Origin: an uncultured Treponema sp.
Lineage (GTDB): Bacteria > Spirochaetota > Spirochaetia > Treponematales > Treponemataceae
Assembly (NCBI GenBank): GCA_900316905.1
Contig: ONET01000003.1
Span: forward strand, 12,770-76,769
Direction of reading: 5' to 3'
DNA: 64,000 nucleotides
The position numbers and the translations under genes were made by a program. Shown piece by piece: positions 10,101 through 18,472 of this stretch. The first letter of the stretch is position 1, and each line of letters begins with the position of its first letter. The notes beneath the pieces were generated by a model that saw only the letters and a program-made list of their open reading frames with translations, was not told where the DNA came from and made no database searches.

Positions 10101-10402
10101 CTGATAAGGATGGCTTTTGGATAGATAAGTCTGTCGCCAATATTCTCAATGATTTTAAGAATGGAGATATGCTTAGAGGCTACAAAAATGAAGATATTAA
10201 TTCTAGAGGAGCTCACGTAGTAGATACAACCGGTGCACAAGAAAATGCAATAGGAGATTTATGGAGAAAACGTGCAGAAGAATTAAGAAATGAAAATTAT
10301 CCATTTTTTGCAAGTGAAGCTGATTCTATTGCAAAATTTTATTATGATTCTGCAAAACAAAGTCAAAATATGGCTATACCGCCAGAAAGAGAATTAAACT
10401 AA
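7151..10402 (+). CDS. 1083-aa putative defence protein: N-terminal nucleoside 2-deoxyribosyltransferase/DRHyd (DUF4071-like) domain plus large alpha-helical C-terminal region
   Basis: N-terminus CFVVMGYG...YKRIIEPAV...CIRCD...VIADISTLNPNALYELGIRH...LPFD, with the Glu in YELG retained. The remaining ~900 aa look helical/repeat-like and have no clear Walker A. Very AT-rich. Confidence 0.7.
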   Translation: MELFSNEPICFVVMGYGRKFDYRHKRYINLDETYKRIIEPAVKRAGFKCIRCDSDKHSGIIDLKMYQYLKNSEFVIADISTLNPNALYELGIRHGIKPYSTILMMENKGKKDLPFDLSHVSTFPYEHNGETIDDEEVDNKTEELYQLIIEVREKQEIDSPYFTFMGIEPCDSIKQISTSLHTLSFVTNTTNEKYVVLSLLGRWNDKNENDKKLLEKIIGNNSFNSLELISYAKEQSSFLHLDGIHWKFNHKKEIIDLFNKYKTPSLFEDFKEVAIEVLSELDPKYELEKDKRFMAAITGYSCKYSKDLRFGISETLVWLSINNESLLGEQNKYLVSNIVFEILNTPDWHLWASLNELLPTLAEASPESFLKALQEQISKHSEVIVELFNQEGDGIISGSLMTGILWSLETIAWFPNNFQMVAIILAELARLDIGGTYTNRPINSLKTMLLPWINTTTASTEDKMKAVQYLFENYSDIAWKIIFSLLPSMNSTSFGCSEPKYRKSLLENFKRDVSRSDYVTQITEYSNYAIELMKKDFNRIFVVLENLNAINPESYSSLFKYLENYDFERITDEDKFTLWEKLNDLIKKHKRFANSKWAYKEDIIGNIEKFAKKIQPTDKRLLYRALFTLPDYELSDEVYDEHKTTNWEAVRKNATEKRETAFNEILNEYGLETLPEFIVNERMAISVATILGNKKNEEIDSFLIPKYLNSENEYMNLLCSSYIRGSSYIREKDWFSHLKINSYENILKTQFLINLKFESTTWDLAREILGEDYGLYWENVNQNVLACESDLTTAIKEFNKVSRFDEATECIHSSIFNKHYIEPELIIETLSNVLRNSPSEKTETYKLIEIIKYLENSTTDKESLWKIEWGFYGLFIFDNKNVPNTLYQKLATAPELYVTFLKLGFKEDNDKRKKELSEKEQALAQCSWNLLNNFHLLPGLDTNGLLDSSVLIDWINEVLKLAQEVNRIASAKLFIGHLLYHSPADKDGFWIDKSVANILNDFKNGDMLRGYKNEDINSRGAHVVDTTGAQENAIGDLWRKRAEELRNENYPFFASEADSIAKFYYDSAKQSQNMAIPPERELN

Positions 10403-10445
10403 TCCCGTTTTTCTAAAGAAAAAATCATTACACAAGGAGTTACAT

Positions 10446-10901
10446 ATGTGTAAAACAAATATTGAACCTACAGTTGAAAAAAAGTTACCCAGAGAAAACT
10501 TAATCAGTCAATGGAAATATAATAGTAAAAGAAGTAAACGTTATAAGAAATTATATTACTGGTTTGAAATTCCTAGTATTATATTAGGCGCAATGATTCC
10601 TGTAATTGTCATGATTAAAGATATTCCTTCTATTATTCCAGCAATTATCTCAGGTATTGTTGGTTGCTTAAAGACAATTTCTTTTTTTGGATGCTTTAAG
10701 AATTACTGGATATCATCACGGAATATTGCAGAGCAATTAAAGTCAGAATTAAGACAGTATGATGCCAAAATAAATGAATATGATGTAGAAGATGAAAAAT
10801 CAAGAAATAAAGCTCTAGCGAAAAAACTTGAAGCAATTATTCGTGATGGTAATAAAGATTGGATCACTTTAATTGAAAAAAATGAGGAAGATAAAAAATG
10901 A
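10446..10901 (+). CDS. SLATT-domain (DUF4231-like) two-TM protein
   Basis: Basic N-terminus, two hydrophobic helices (IPSIILGAMIPVIV; IIPAIISGIVGCL), then W...R..AEQLKSE..Y typical of DUF4231/SLATT. Confidence 0.8.
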   Translation: MCKTNIEPTVEKKLPRENLISQWKYNSKRSKRYKKLYYWFEIPSIILGAMIPVIVMIKDIPSIIPAIISGIVGCLKTISFFGCFKNYWISSRNIAEQLKSELRQYDAKINEYDVEDEKSRNKALAKKLEAIIRDGNKDWITLIEKNEEDKK

Positions 10902-11386
10902 GAGTATTTATATCACATAAAAGTGAAGATGCTGAATTAGCAAAACACTATGCAGAAGAGTTAAGTGAATTAAGTTTTGATTATTATCTTGATGAATATG
11001 ATATTCATATTAAAAATTCTTCTGATAGAGGAACTTTAATAAATAAAGAAATAAAAAAATCTACAGATTTATTAGTAATTGTTACTGAAAATACAAAAAA
11101 ATCTTGGTGGGTTCCTTTTGAAATAGGTTTATCTACAGCAGCTAATAATAGAATAGTAACTATCGTGCATGACGGTGCGCCTGAATTACCTTCATTTTTA
11201 AGAAAATGGCCTGTTATAGATACAGATGAAAAATACCAAACATATCTTTCTGAATTAGAAATAAATAATAGAAAATTGATAGTTGAAAGTAAACAGTTTT
11301 CAAAATCTATGGAAAGCATTTTTAAGTCTAATAACAGTGCGGACATTTTCCATAGCAATTTAATTAACAAATTTAGTAGATTGTAA
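10898..11386 (+). CDS. Stand-alone TIR-domain protein
   Basis: RVFISHKSED, YYLD, IKKSTDLLVIVT, SWWVPFEIG with the catalytic Glu. ATGA-coupled to the SLATT gene. Confidence 0.88.
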   Translation: MRVFISHKSEDAELAKHYAEELSELSFDYYLDEYDIHIKNSSDRGTLINKEIKKSTDLLVIVTENTKKSWWVPFEIGLSTAANNRIVTIVHDGAPELPSFLRKWPVIDTDEKYQTYLSELEINNRKLIVESKQFSKSMESIFKSNNSADIFHSNLINKFSRL

Positions 11387-12288
11387 TGGATCAAAAATTC
11401 CTAAAACGCCTTATTTCAGAATGTCCTCTTACAGATTTTTCACAAAACGGAAACGTTACTGAAAGAGAATTACAGCTTGATAAATATTTAGAGCAATTCA
11501 CAAACTTCCTTTATTCAAATGAGAATCAGCTTATTCAACATTTCTGGCAGGAATATATTGCATCTTCAGAAATTGGATTACTCCAGAATTCAAAAATGCT
11601 CAGAAGGTGTTTTATTTATTTGGATTGCGCGGTCGCAGTTTACAACTACATCGCCAAAAAGAGTAAAGAAAAGAAAAATACAGAATTAGCTAAACACATT
11701 TCAATTCAACTGCAAAATGATTTGAATCAATTTAAAAGCATGCTGCTTCTTGCGATGAACGGCTGTCTTAATAGCTTGATTATGGTGTATCGTTCATTGT
11801 ATGAAAGTTTTGTAATCGGGCAATACCTGGTTCAGAATCCAGATTTGGTTCCAATTTATAGCGAACATGCTGATTTTTTAAAATACCATCTTACGAAAGT
11901 TGTAGGAAACAGCAAGCCAGAATGGGATAAAAAATATAATGAATATATTGAAAAATATGGCGAAGAATTTATAGAGGATTACGGTTGGACAAAAAGCAAG
12001 CTTCCAAATAAAAAAGACAGGAAATTAGTCACAATTGTAAAAGCGTGTAAACTAGAGGAAGAGTTTTCAAAATTATATAAATTTTCTTGCAGTTATGTTC
12101 ATTCCTCCGCTTTTTCTGTTTCTAGCAGACCGGATTTAAACCAAATGAAGGTTTTCTTTAACGCGTCTATGCATATCATCGAATCGGAAGTAACAGATTA
12201 TATTCGGGAATTAAATATTCCAACAAAAGAAGGCGTAATACTGCGGAATATTTTGATATTCTTGTGGCAGGATTTTGAAAAAATATAA
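11386..12288 (+). CDS. DUF5677-like / HEPN-like protein
   Basis: YRSLYE...YL and LYKFSCSYVHS motifs. TAATG-coupled to the TIR gene. Confidence 0.6.
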   Translation: MDQKFLKRLISECPLTDFSQNGNVTERELQLDKYLEQFTNFLYSNENQLIQHFWQEYIASSEIGLLQNSKMLRRCFIYLDCAVAVYNYIAKKSKEKKNTELAKHISIQLQNDLNQFKSMLLLAMNGCLNSLIMVYRSLYESFVIGQYLVQNPDLVPIYSEHADFLKYHLTKVVGNSKPEWDKKYNEYIEKYGEEFIEDYGWTKSKLPNKKDRKLVTIVKACKLEEEFSKLYKFSCSYVHSSAFSVSSRPDLNQMKVFFNASMHIIESEVTDYIRELNIPTKEGVILRNILIFLWQDFEKI

Positions 12289-12298
12289 TTCCCCCCTC

Positions 12299-12658
12299 TT
12301 ACCTCCACCCCTCCCATACCTTTTGCGCCATGCCGACGGTGGCTTCGCTTTTGCCGTTGCGGCAGACGGGCTGGACTAGGAGCTTGGCTTGGTTTTCAAA
12401 GAGCTTTGACTCTTTGTCGCTGTCGTCAAGGTAGGCCACGCTGGAGTAGTCTTTGCTCTTTTGGTCGATTAGCGCTTCGATGGCGGCGGAACGGCTTCCC
12501 AAGTTTTTTGAAAGGGCCGCGACCACGCTTTCAAATTCGCCTTGGCTCATTTCTTTTTCCTTTAAATCGACAAATTGAAAGGGCAGGCGGCGTTCCTTAA
12601 AAAAACGCTGGGCCGCCTTGCAGTCAAATGACTTGTTGGTTCCAAAAATCTGAATCAT
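12299..12658 (-). CDS. ArsC/Spx-family protein
   Basis: IQIFGTNKSFDCKAAQRFFKERR..FQFVDLKEKEMS.GE; GGAGG RBS. Confidence 0.85.
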   Translation of the reverse strand: MIQIFGTNKSFDCKAAQRFFKERRLPFQFVDLKEKEMSQGEFESVVAALSKNLGSRSAAIEALIDQKSKDYSSVAYLDDSDKESKLFENQAKLLVQPVCRNGKSEATVGMAQKVWEGWR

Positions 12659-12663
12659 ATTCA

Positions 12664-13563
12664 TTACCTCCGTTGGCTTTTTTTGTAGTCTCTTGGCGAT
12701 TGGTTGAAATACTTCTTAAAAGTTTCGGCCATGTAGCTGGCGCCGGAAAATCCGGTGGCGTCGGCGATTTCTGTCATCGACATTTCGCTTGAGGCAAGCA
12801 GGTCGGCCACTTTGCGGCAGCGGTATTGCGCCAAATATTCTATCGGGGATTTTTCGGTAAGCTTGTTGAAGATTTGGTTGCAAAGGCTTTGGCTTACCCC
12901 GCCGGCGCGCGCGATGTCGTTCAAAGAAATTCGGTCGCGGTAACGCTCGTCGATAAAAAGCATCATCTCCTTTAGCCTTGAGTTGTGGCCGGAACTTTCT
13001 TCCATATTGTGGACGTGAACGCGGTACGCTTCTGTGAAGCGGCGCATGATGATGTCCCAAAGTTCAAAAAAATATTTTGTGATTAAAAATTCATTTCCCT
13101 TGCAATTGTCTTCCATCTCTATCATAAGCTGAAAGATTGATGGCGCGTCAAAATCTTCCGCCTTAAAATGCACAAAGGGAACGGTTTTATCGGCTACAAT
13201 CGGGCGCACCGCCTTTTGTTCCACCGCGAAAGAGGAGCAAATTATTTTTGGATGCAAAATCGCGATGACGTAGCGCGAAACGCGGTTTGTCGTGGAAAGC
13301 GAATAGTGTATCGCGCCGGAATTGACAAAAATCGTGTCGCCCTTTTTTAGCTTGACGAGCGTTCCTTCAACCATGTAGGCCATCTCGCCGCCCTTTATGG
13401 AAACGATTTCCACGTCCTCGTGGTAATGGGGAACGCGTTCCCAATCGCAGCCTTTTACGATGTAGCCGTCAAAGATGTATGACGGAAACGACGGGTCGTT
13501 GTATCGGACGACTTCCGAGCCGTCCTTGCGCTTTATGATGACGCCCCTTCTTATTTTTGCCAT
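12664..13563 (-). CDS. AraC-family regulator with cupin sensor
   Basis: Cupin HYHEDVE; C-terminal double HTH ending GFSGASYMAETFKKYFNQSPRDY. Divergent from the cupin/GNAT run. Confidence 0.92.
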   Translation of the reverse strand: MAKIRRGVIIKRKDGSEVVRYNDPSFPSYIFDGYIVKGCDWERVPHYHEDVEIVSIKGGEMAYMVEGTLVKLKKGDTIFVNSGAIHYSLSTTNRVSRYVIAILHPKIICSSFAVEQKAVRPIVADKTVPFVHFKAEDFDAPSIFQLMIEMEDNCKGNEFLITKYFFELWDIIMRRFTEAYRVHVHNMEESSGHNSRLKEMMLFIDERYRDRISLNDIARAGGVSQSLCNQIFNKLTEKSPIEYLAQYRCRKVADLLASSEMSMTEIADATGFSGASYMAETFKKYFNQSPRDYKKSQRR

Positions 13564-13699
13564 TTTTCCTCCAAAGGCCAAAATATTATAACAATTTTAT
13601 ATTCAATGCGCAATATTGTTATTAAAAAATGTAATTTTAATAATTTTCTTACATATAAATAATTAGTATGATATAATCAATTAAAGGCAGGAGGAAAAC

Positions 13700-14077
13700 A
13701 TGGAATTCATTAAAGCAAGCGACATTAAAGAACTGTCAAACCCGGGAGTAGTCTCACGACAGCTTTTGAACCCGGAAAATTCAACGAGCAAACGCGTTAC
13801 TATTACGGAAGTTCATCTTGTTCCCGGAGCAAGCCAGCCCCGCCACACTCACGACGCGTCGGAGCAAATCTGGTACGCCGTCAAGGGCAGCGGAAAGCTT
13901 CTTCTTGCCGACGACAAAGAAAAGGAATTCAAGGCGGGAGACGTTGCCCGATTCGCTGACAAGGATGTTCATGGACTTTTGAACGACGGCGACGGAGAGT
14001 TTGTTTACGTTTCTGTTACCGCTCCTCCAATCAATTTTGGATACGCGTATAAGGGAATTTCGGAGGAAAAACAATGA
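13700..14077 (+). CDS. Cupin-domain protein
   Basis: PRHTHDASEQIWY...G.G...HGL.N cupin_2 motif. Confidence 0.88.
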   Translation: MEFIKASDIKELSNPGVVSRQLLNPENSTSKRVTITEVHLVPGASQPRHTHDASEQIWYAVKGSGKLLLADDKEKEFKAGDVARFADKDVHGLLNDGDGEFVYVSVTAPPINFGYAYKGISEEKQ

Positions 14078-14544
14078 ACATAACATTTGGACAGGCTGAA
14101 AAATCCGATATACCGCAACTTATTCGCTTGCGCCATGCCTACATGCAAGATGATTTTGGCTCGGTTTCGGATTACGAAAAATCTTGCATGGAAAAACAGC
14201 TTCCTGATTATTTTGAGCGAAAACTCGGAAAAGAACTTTTTGCCTTTGTCGCTCGCGACGGCGAGAAAATTGTTTCGGTCGCCTTGCTTCTGACAATCGA
14301 AATGCCAGCAAATCCAAATGTCTTGAGCGGATTTTACGGTGAGGTTCTGAATGTTTTTACTCAAAGCGAATACCGGGGAAAAGGCTTGGCTTCAACCTTG
14401 ATGAAAAATTTAATCGAGTTTGCCAAAGAAAAAGGCCTTAGCCGAATTGACCTTAGCGCGACTGACGCAGGCTTTGGCATTTACGAAAAATTAGGCTTTA
14501 AAGAAAAGGAAAACCGCTACCGCGACATGCGGTTGAAGTTTTAG
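14074..14544 (+). CDS. GNAT N-acetyltransferase
   Basis: NVFTQSEYRGKGLA; YEKLGF. Confidence 0.9.
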   Translation: MNITFGQAEKSDIPQLIRLRHAYMQDDFGSVSDYEKSCMEKQLPDYFERKLGKELFAFVARDGEKIVSVALLLTIEMPANPNVLSGFYGEVLNVFTQSEYRGKGLASTLMKNLIEFAKEKGLSRIDLSATDAGFGIYEKLGFKEKENRYRDMRLKF

Positions 14545-14552
14545 GAATCAAC

Positions 14553-15203
14553 ATGAAAAAAGCCATTATATTTGACCTTGACGGGACTCTTTGGGATGCA
14601 ACAGGATGTTCCGTGGATATTTGGAACCGTGTTTTTGACAAGCATAAAAAAACGAGTATGCGAATGACACAGGAAATTTCTTCCAGTCTTATGGGAAAAA
14701 CCATGCCGGAGATTGGCGCGGCCTTGTTCCCGAACATGACGGAAGAAGAGCGTATGAGCATAGTCAATGATTTTGGAGACGAAGAAGTTAAATATCTGTC
14801 AGAACATGGAGCGAATGTTTTCGATGGCGTTGAGGAGACTCTTTCGGCACTTGAAAAGGACTATAATTTATACATTGTAAGCAATTGTCAGGATGGATAC
14901 GTTCCCGCCTTTTTGCATGCGCATAAGATGGGGCATCATTTTAAAGACATAGAAATGTCTGGCAGGACAGGTATGGACAAAGGCAGTAATATAAAACTGC
15001 TAATGAAGCGGAACGGTATTGACAATGCTGTTTATGTAGGCGACACTGCCGGGGATGAAAGTGCGGCAAGATATGCGGGCATCCCATTTGTCTGGGCAGC
15101 TTATGGATTTGGCAAAGCAAAGGCACCGGATGGGGTAATTCAGACCATTGGAGACTTGTCAAACTTGTTATTGCACAGGAAAGACGGTAAAATAAATTTA
15201 TGA
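14553..15203 (+). CDS. HAD-family hydrolase
   Basis: FDLDGTL, VSN, YVGDT..D. Confidence 0.9.
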   Translation: MKKAIIFDLDGTLWDATGCSVDIWNRVFDKHKKTSMRMTQEISSSLMGKTMPEIGAALFPNMTEEERMSIVNDFGDEEVKYLSEHGANVFDGVEETLSALEKDYNLYIVSNCQDGYVPAFLHAHKMGHHFKDIEMSGRTGMDKGSNIKLLMKRNGIDNAVYVGDTAGDESAARYAGIPFVWAAYGFGKAKAPDGVIQTIGDLSNLLLHRKDGKINL

Positions 15204-15775
15204 CAACAATTTATTTTGTAAGACATTGCAAGCCCGACGGAAAAATACAGGATGACAGGAACAGACCCCTGACAGAAGAAGGTCTTGAGGATTCAAATAA
15301 GGTGGCTGAAATTCTAAAGGACAAGAAGATTGACGTCTTTATTTCAAGCCCTTACAAGAGAAGCCATGATTCAATAAAAAAAGCCGCAGACTCTTACGGC
15401 AAATCGATTCAAACTGACGAACGGCTTCGTGAGCGCAAGGCTGGAGAAAATGGCAACAATCATGAAATGTTCAAAAAGCGTTGGGCTGATTTTGCCTTTG
15501 CCGAAGAAGACGGAGAATCTATTGGAGCCGTTCAGGAAAGAAACATCAAGGCGCTCAATGAAATTCTTGAGAAATATGACGGCAAGAACATTGTCATCGG
15601 AACTCACGGGACGGCGCTTTCTTCCATAATAAACTACTATGACAAAAGTTTTAACGGCGAAAGCTTTATGAAAATCATAGACTTTATGCCCTGGATTCTA
15701 AAGATGGAATTTGACGGAAAAAAATTTCTTTCCAAAGAAGATGTCTTTCACATACAAAAAGAGTACAAAGAATAG
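15200..15775 (+). CDS. Histidine phosphatase family protein
   Basis: FVRH, SSPYKR, LRER, GTHG. Confidence 0.9.
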   Translation: MTTIYFVRHCKPDGKIQDDRNRPLTEEGLEDSNKVAEILKDKKIDVFISSPYKRSHDSIKKAADSYGKSIQTDERLRERKAGENGNNHEMFKKRWADFAFAEEDGESIGAVQERNIKALNEILEKYDGKNIVIGTHGTALSSIINYYDKSFNGESFMKIIDFMPWILKMEFDGKKFLSKEDVFHIQKEYKE

Positions 15776-15783
15776 GAAAAACA

Positions 15784-16347
15784 ATGAATCACCTTGGAAC
15801 GCAAACGATTGAGACAGAGCGATTGATTTTGCGCCGCTTTGAATACTCGGACATTGATTCAATGCTTAGGAATTGGATTTCCGATGAAAAGACGCAATAT
15901 GATTACGGAGAGCCGTTCTACCTAAATCCAGAAGCGGTGCGGAATTTATTTGACACAAAGTATATCGTTTCGTATGCAAAGGATGATTATTACCGGTGGG
16001 CGGTTATAGAAAAAGAGTCGGGCGAATGCATCGGACAAATCGCTTATTTTACGATGGATACAAAGAACCTGCATGGCGAGATTGAGTATGTCGTAGGCCC
16101 GGCCTTTCAGGGAAAAGGATACGCCACCGAGATGACAAAAGCGGTCATAGCCTTTGGCTTTGAAAAAATCGGCCTGCATAGAGTAGAAATCGACTGCCGC
16201 CCGGAAAACACTGCGTCGCGAAAGGTCATCGAAAAATGCGGTCTGACTTATGAAGGATGCTTCCGCGATTTTTTCTGGCGCAAAGACCATTATGAAGGAA
16301 GAATGGTATTCTCTATCTTGAAAGAAGAGTATGAGGAAAACAAATGA
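15784..16347 (+). CDS. RimJ/RimL-type GNAT acetyltransferase
   Basis: IETERLILR, QGKGYATE, N.ASRKVIEKCG. Confidence 0.9.
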   Translation: MNHLGTQTIETERLILRRFEYSDIDSMLRNWISDEKTQYDYGEPFYLNPEAVRNLFDTKYIVSYAKDDYYRWAVIEKESGECIGQIAYFTMDTKNLHGEIEYVVGPAFQGKGYATEMTKAVIAFGFEKIGLHRVEIDCRPENTASRKVIEKCGLTYEGCFRDFFWRKDHYEGRMVFSILKEEYEENK

Positions 16348-16793
16348 CAATCAAAAAGACAGGCGCGAACGACATTGAAATGCTGATGCAAATCCGCCTC
16401 GAAATGCTGCGTGTTGTGAACAACCTAAAAGACGGCGATAGCTTTAGCGACCAGCTGCTTGAATGCAGCCTCGAATATTTTTTGAAGGGCGAGCAGACGA
16501 CAGTTTTTGCAATGGACGGAGACAAAATTGCGGGCTGCGCAAGTCTGAGCTACATCAATGTCATGCCCACCTTTGACCATCCCACGGGAAAGAGGGCTCA
16601 TCTTATGAACGTCTACACAAGGACTCAATTCCGCAGGCGTGGAGTTGGAAAAATGATGGTTGAGTTTTTGATTGAAGAAGCAAAATCTCGGGGCGTTACG
16701 GAAATCAGCCTTGACGCGACACAAATGGGCCATCCGCTTTACAAGAGTTTGGGCTTTAACGACAACGGCGAAGGAATGAATCTAATACTTTAA
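16344..16793 (+). CDS. GNAT N-acetyltransferase
   Basis: NVYTRTQFRRRGVG; LYKSLGF. Confidence 0.9.
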   Translation: MTIKKTGANDIEMLMQIRLEMLRVVNNLKDGDSFSDQLLECSLEYFLKGEQTTVFAMDGDKIAGCASLSYINVMPTFDHPTGKRAHLMNVYTRTQFRRRGVGKMMVEFLIEEAKSRGVTEISLDATQMGHPLYKSLGFNDNGEGMNLIL

Positions 16794-16804
16794 AAGGAGG
16801 CCTG

Positions 16805-17548
16805 ATGAACCCTATTTTTTTATTTGACCTTGACCAGACCTTGCTGAACTTCCACGCATCGGAAGAAAAGGCATTGGAAATAATCTCAAAAAAATACGGT
16901 CTTGCTTACTCCAAAGATACTTACAGTCATTTCAAAGATTACAACAAGTCTCTTTGGCTGGAACTGGAAAAAGGGATCATATCGCGAACAGATTTGTTCA
17001 GACTCAGGTTTACTGATTTTATTGCGCAGTGCAAAGGTGAGGCCCTGGGGCTTGATCCTCTTGCAATAAACAATGAGTTCATCGCGACAATGGCAGAAAA
17101 CGGAGTCCTGATGGATGGTGCATTGGAATTCGTCAGCAAACTCAAAAGTACAATTTCAGGCTGCAGAATCTACATCATATCAAATGGGGCAACCGTCAAT
17201 GCAAAAGGCAGAATAAATTCCACAGGCCTCAATGCATTTCTTGACGGAATTTTTGTAAGCGAAGAGATGGGAATTGCAAAACCGGCAAAAGAATTTTTTG
17301 ACCGAGTATTAAGTTCAATCGGAGCAAAAAAAGAGGAATGCATTGTCATAGGAGACTCTCTCATATCCGACATGGCAGGAGCAAAGAATGCCTCCCTTGA
17401 TTCAGTCTGGTTTATGCCTCAAGCTGGATGCAATTCAAGCATAGAAAATGAAATGGCACAATATGACATCAATTATTGCGCGAACAGTTTTGACGAAATG
17501 TACAAAATCCTAAAAAACTGGGCAGGACAGATTTGCAAAAGGAGATAG
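16805..17548 (+). CDS. YjjG-like HAD nucleotidase
   Basis: FDLDQTLLNF, ISNG, KPAKEFF, IGDSLISD..GA. Confidence 0.85.
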   Translation: MNPIFLFDLDQTLLNFHASEEKALEIISKKYGLAYSKDTYSHFKDYNKSLWLELEKGIISRTDLFRLRFTDFIAQCKGEALGLDPLAINNEFIATMAENGVLMDGALEFVSKLKSTISGCRIYIISNGATVNAKGRINSTGLNAFLDGIFVSEEMGIAKPAKEFFDRVLSSIGAKKEECIVIGDSLISDMAGAKNASLDSVWFMPQAGCNSSIENEMAQYDINYCANSFDEMYKILKNWAGQICKRR

Positions 17549-18387
17549 AATTGAAAAGCACATTTATTTTAAAAGACTATTTTTCTTATGAAGACAAAGA
17601 AAGCATTCTGGCTCAGATGCAGGCTCATTCAAAAGAATGGGGCGCGATTCCCTTTTTGACTTTTTGCGACAGGGATGAAATTGAAAGCGACCTCAAGCCA
17701 TGGATTGGATTCGTGTTCACAGCTCCAGCCTACCGTGGCCATCATCTTGCAGGACAAATAATCGAACACTGCATGAATAATGCCGCTACCCTCTACCCGG
17801 AATCAGAATATGTTTATGTTTCATCAGACGAAAAAGGCCTTTACGAAAAATACGGCTTTGAATTCGTTGGAAAGATGAAAAGTGTCTGGGGAGAAGACTC
17901 TGGAATTTTCAGAAGAAAAATAGAAAAAGAAGCAAACAAAATCACTTACAAGACACTTAGCCCTGCAGACTACGATGAACTTTGGGAACTCTGGAATCAG
18001 GTTGAGCAGACAAAGCGAGCCTTGAATCCTGTGGACGACAGCTGCGAAGGAATCACACGTTACATGAAGCGCAACCCTACGACATGCTTTGCGGCAACAA
18101 GCGGCGGAAAAATCGTCGGCGCGATCCTCACAGGCCACGACGGAAGGCGCGCGATCATCCACCATCTTTGCGTGCATCCAGATTTTCAGCGCATGGGAAT
18201 CGCCCGCGCTCTTGTCGCCAAGGCAGAGGAAGCCCTAAAAAAAGAAGGAATCACAAAAGCCTTTGGCCTTGTCTTTAAGGACAACGACAAGGCAAATTCT
18301 TTTTGGGAAAAGATGGGCTATTCGCTCAGAACCAATCTTAATTATCGCAACAAAAGTTTGGACGCGGACGTTCCGACTGGGGAATGA
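17533..18387 (+). CDS. Tandem GNAT-GNAT protein (first domain looks shortened)
   Basis: Domain 1 PWIGFVFTAPAYRGH..GLYEKYGF; domain 2 GHDGRR..HHLCVHPDFQRMGIA..FWEKMGY. TTG start is uncertain. Confidence 0.8.
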   Translation: MQKEIELKSTFILKDYFSYEDKESILAQMQAHSKEWGAIPFLTFCDRDEIESDLKPWIGFVFTAPAYRGHHLAGQIIEHCMNNAATLYPESEYVYVSSDEKGLYEKYGFEFVGKMKSVWGEDSGIFRRKIEKEANKITYKTLSPADYDELWELWNQVEQTKRALNPVDDSCEGITRYMKRNPTTCFAATSGGKIVGAILTGHDGRRAIIHHLCVHPDFQRMGIARALVAKAEEALKKEGITKAFGLVFKDNDKANSFWEKMGYSLRTNLNYRNKSLDADVPTGE

Positions 18388-18472
18388 AAGCGATAGAAAA
18401 ATCGCGGCGCTTTTTCTATCGCGGCCATCTTGCCGCCCCCTTTACAAAAACCTTTGATTCAATCAAAATGGC

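Noticed and set aside
7151-11386. Calling the TIR cassette Thoeris, CBASS or Avs
   Set aside because: No SIR2/Macro/SLOG ThsA, no CD-NTase and no STAND Walker A motif visible.
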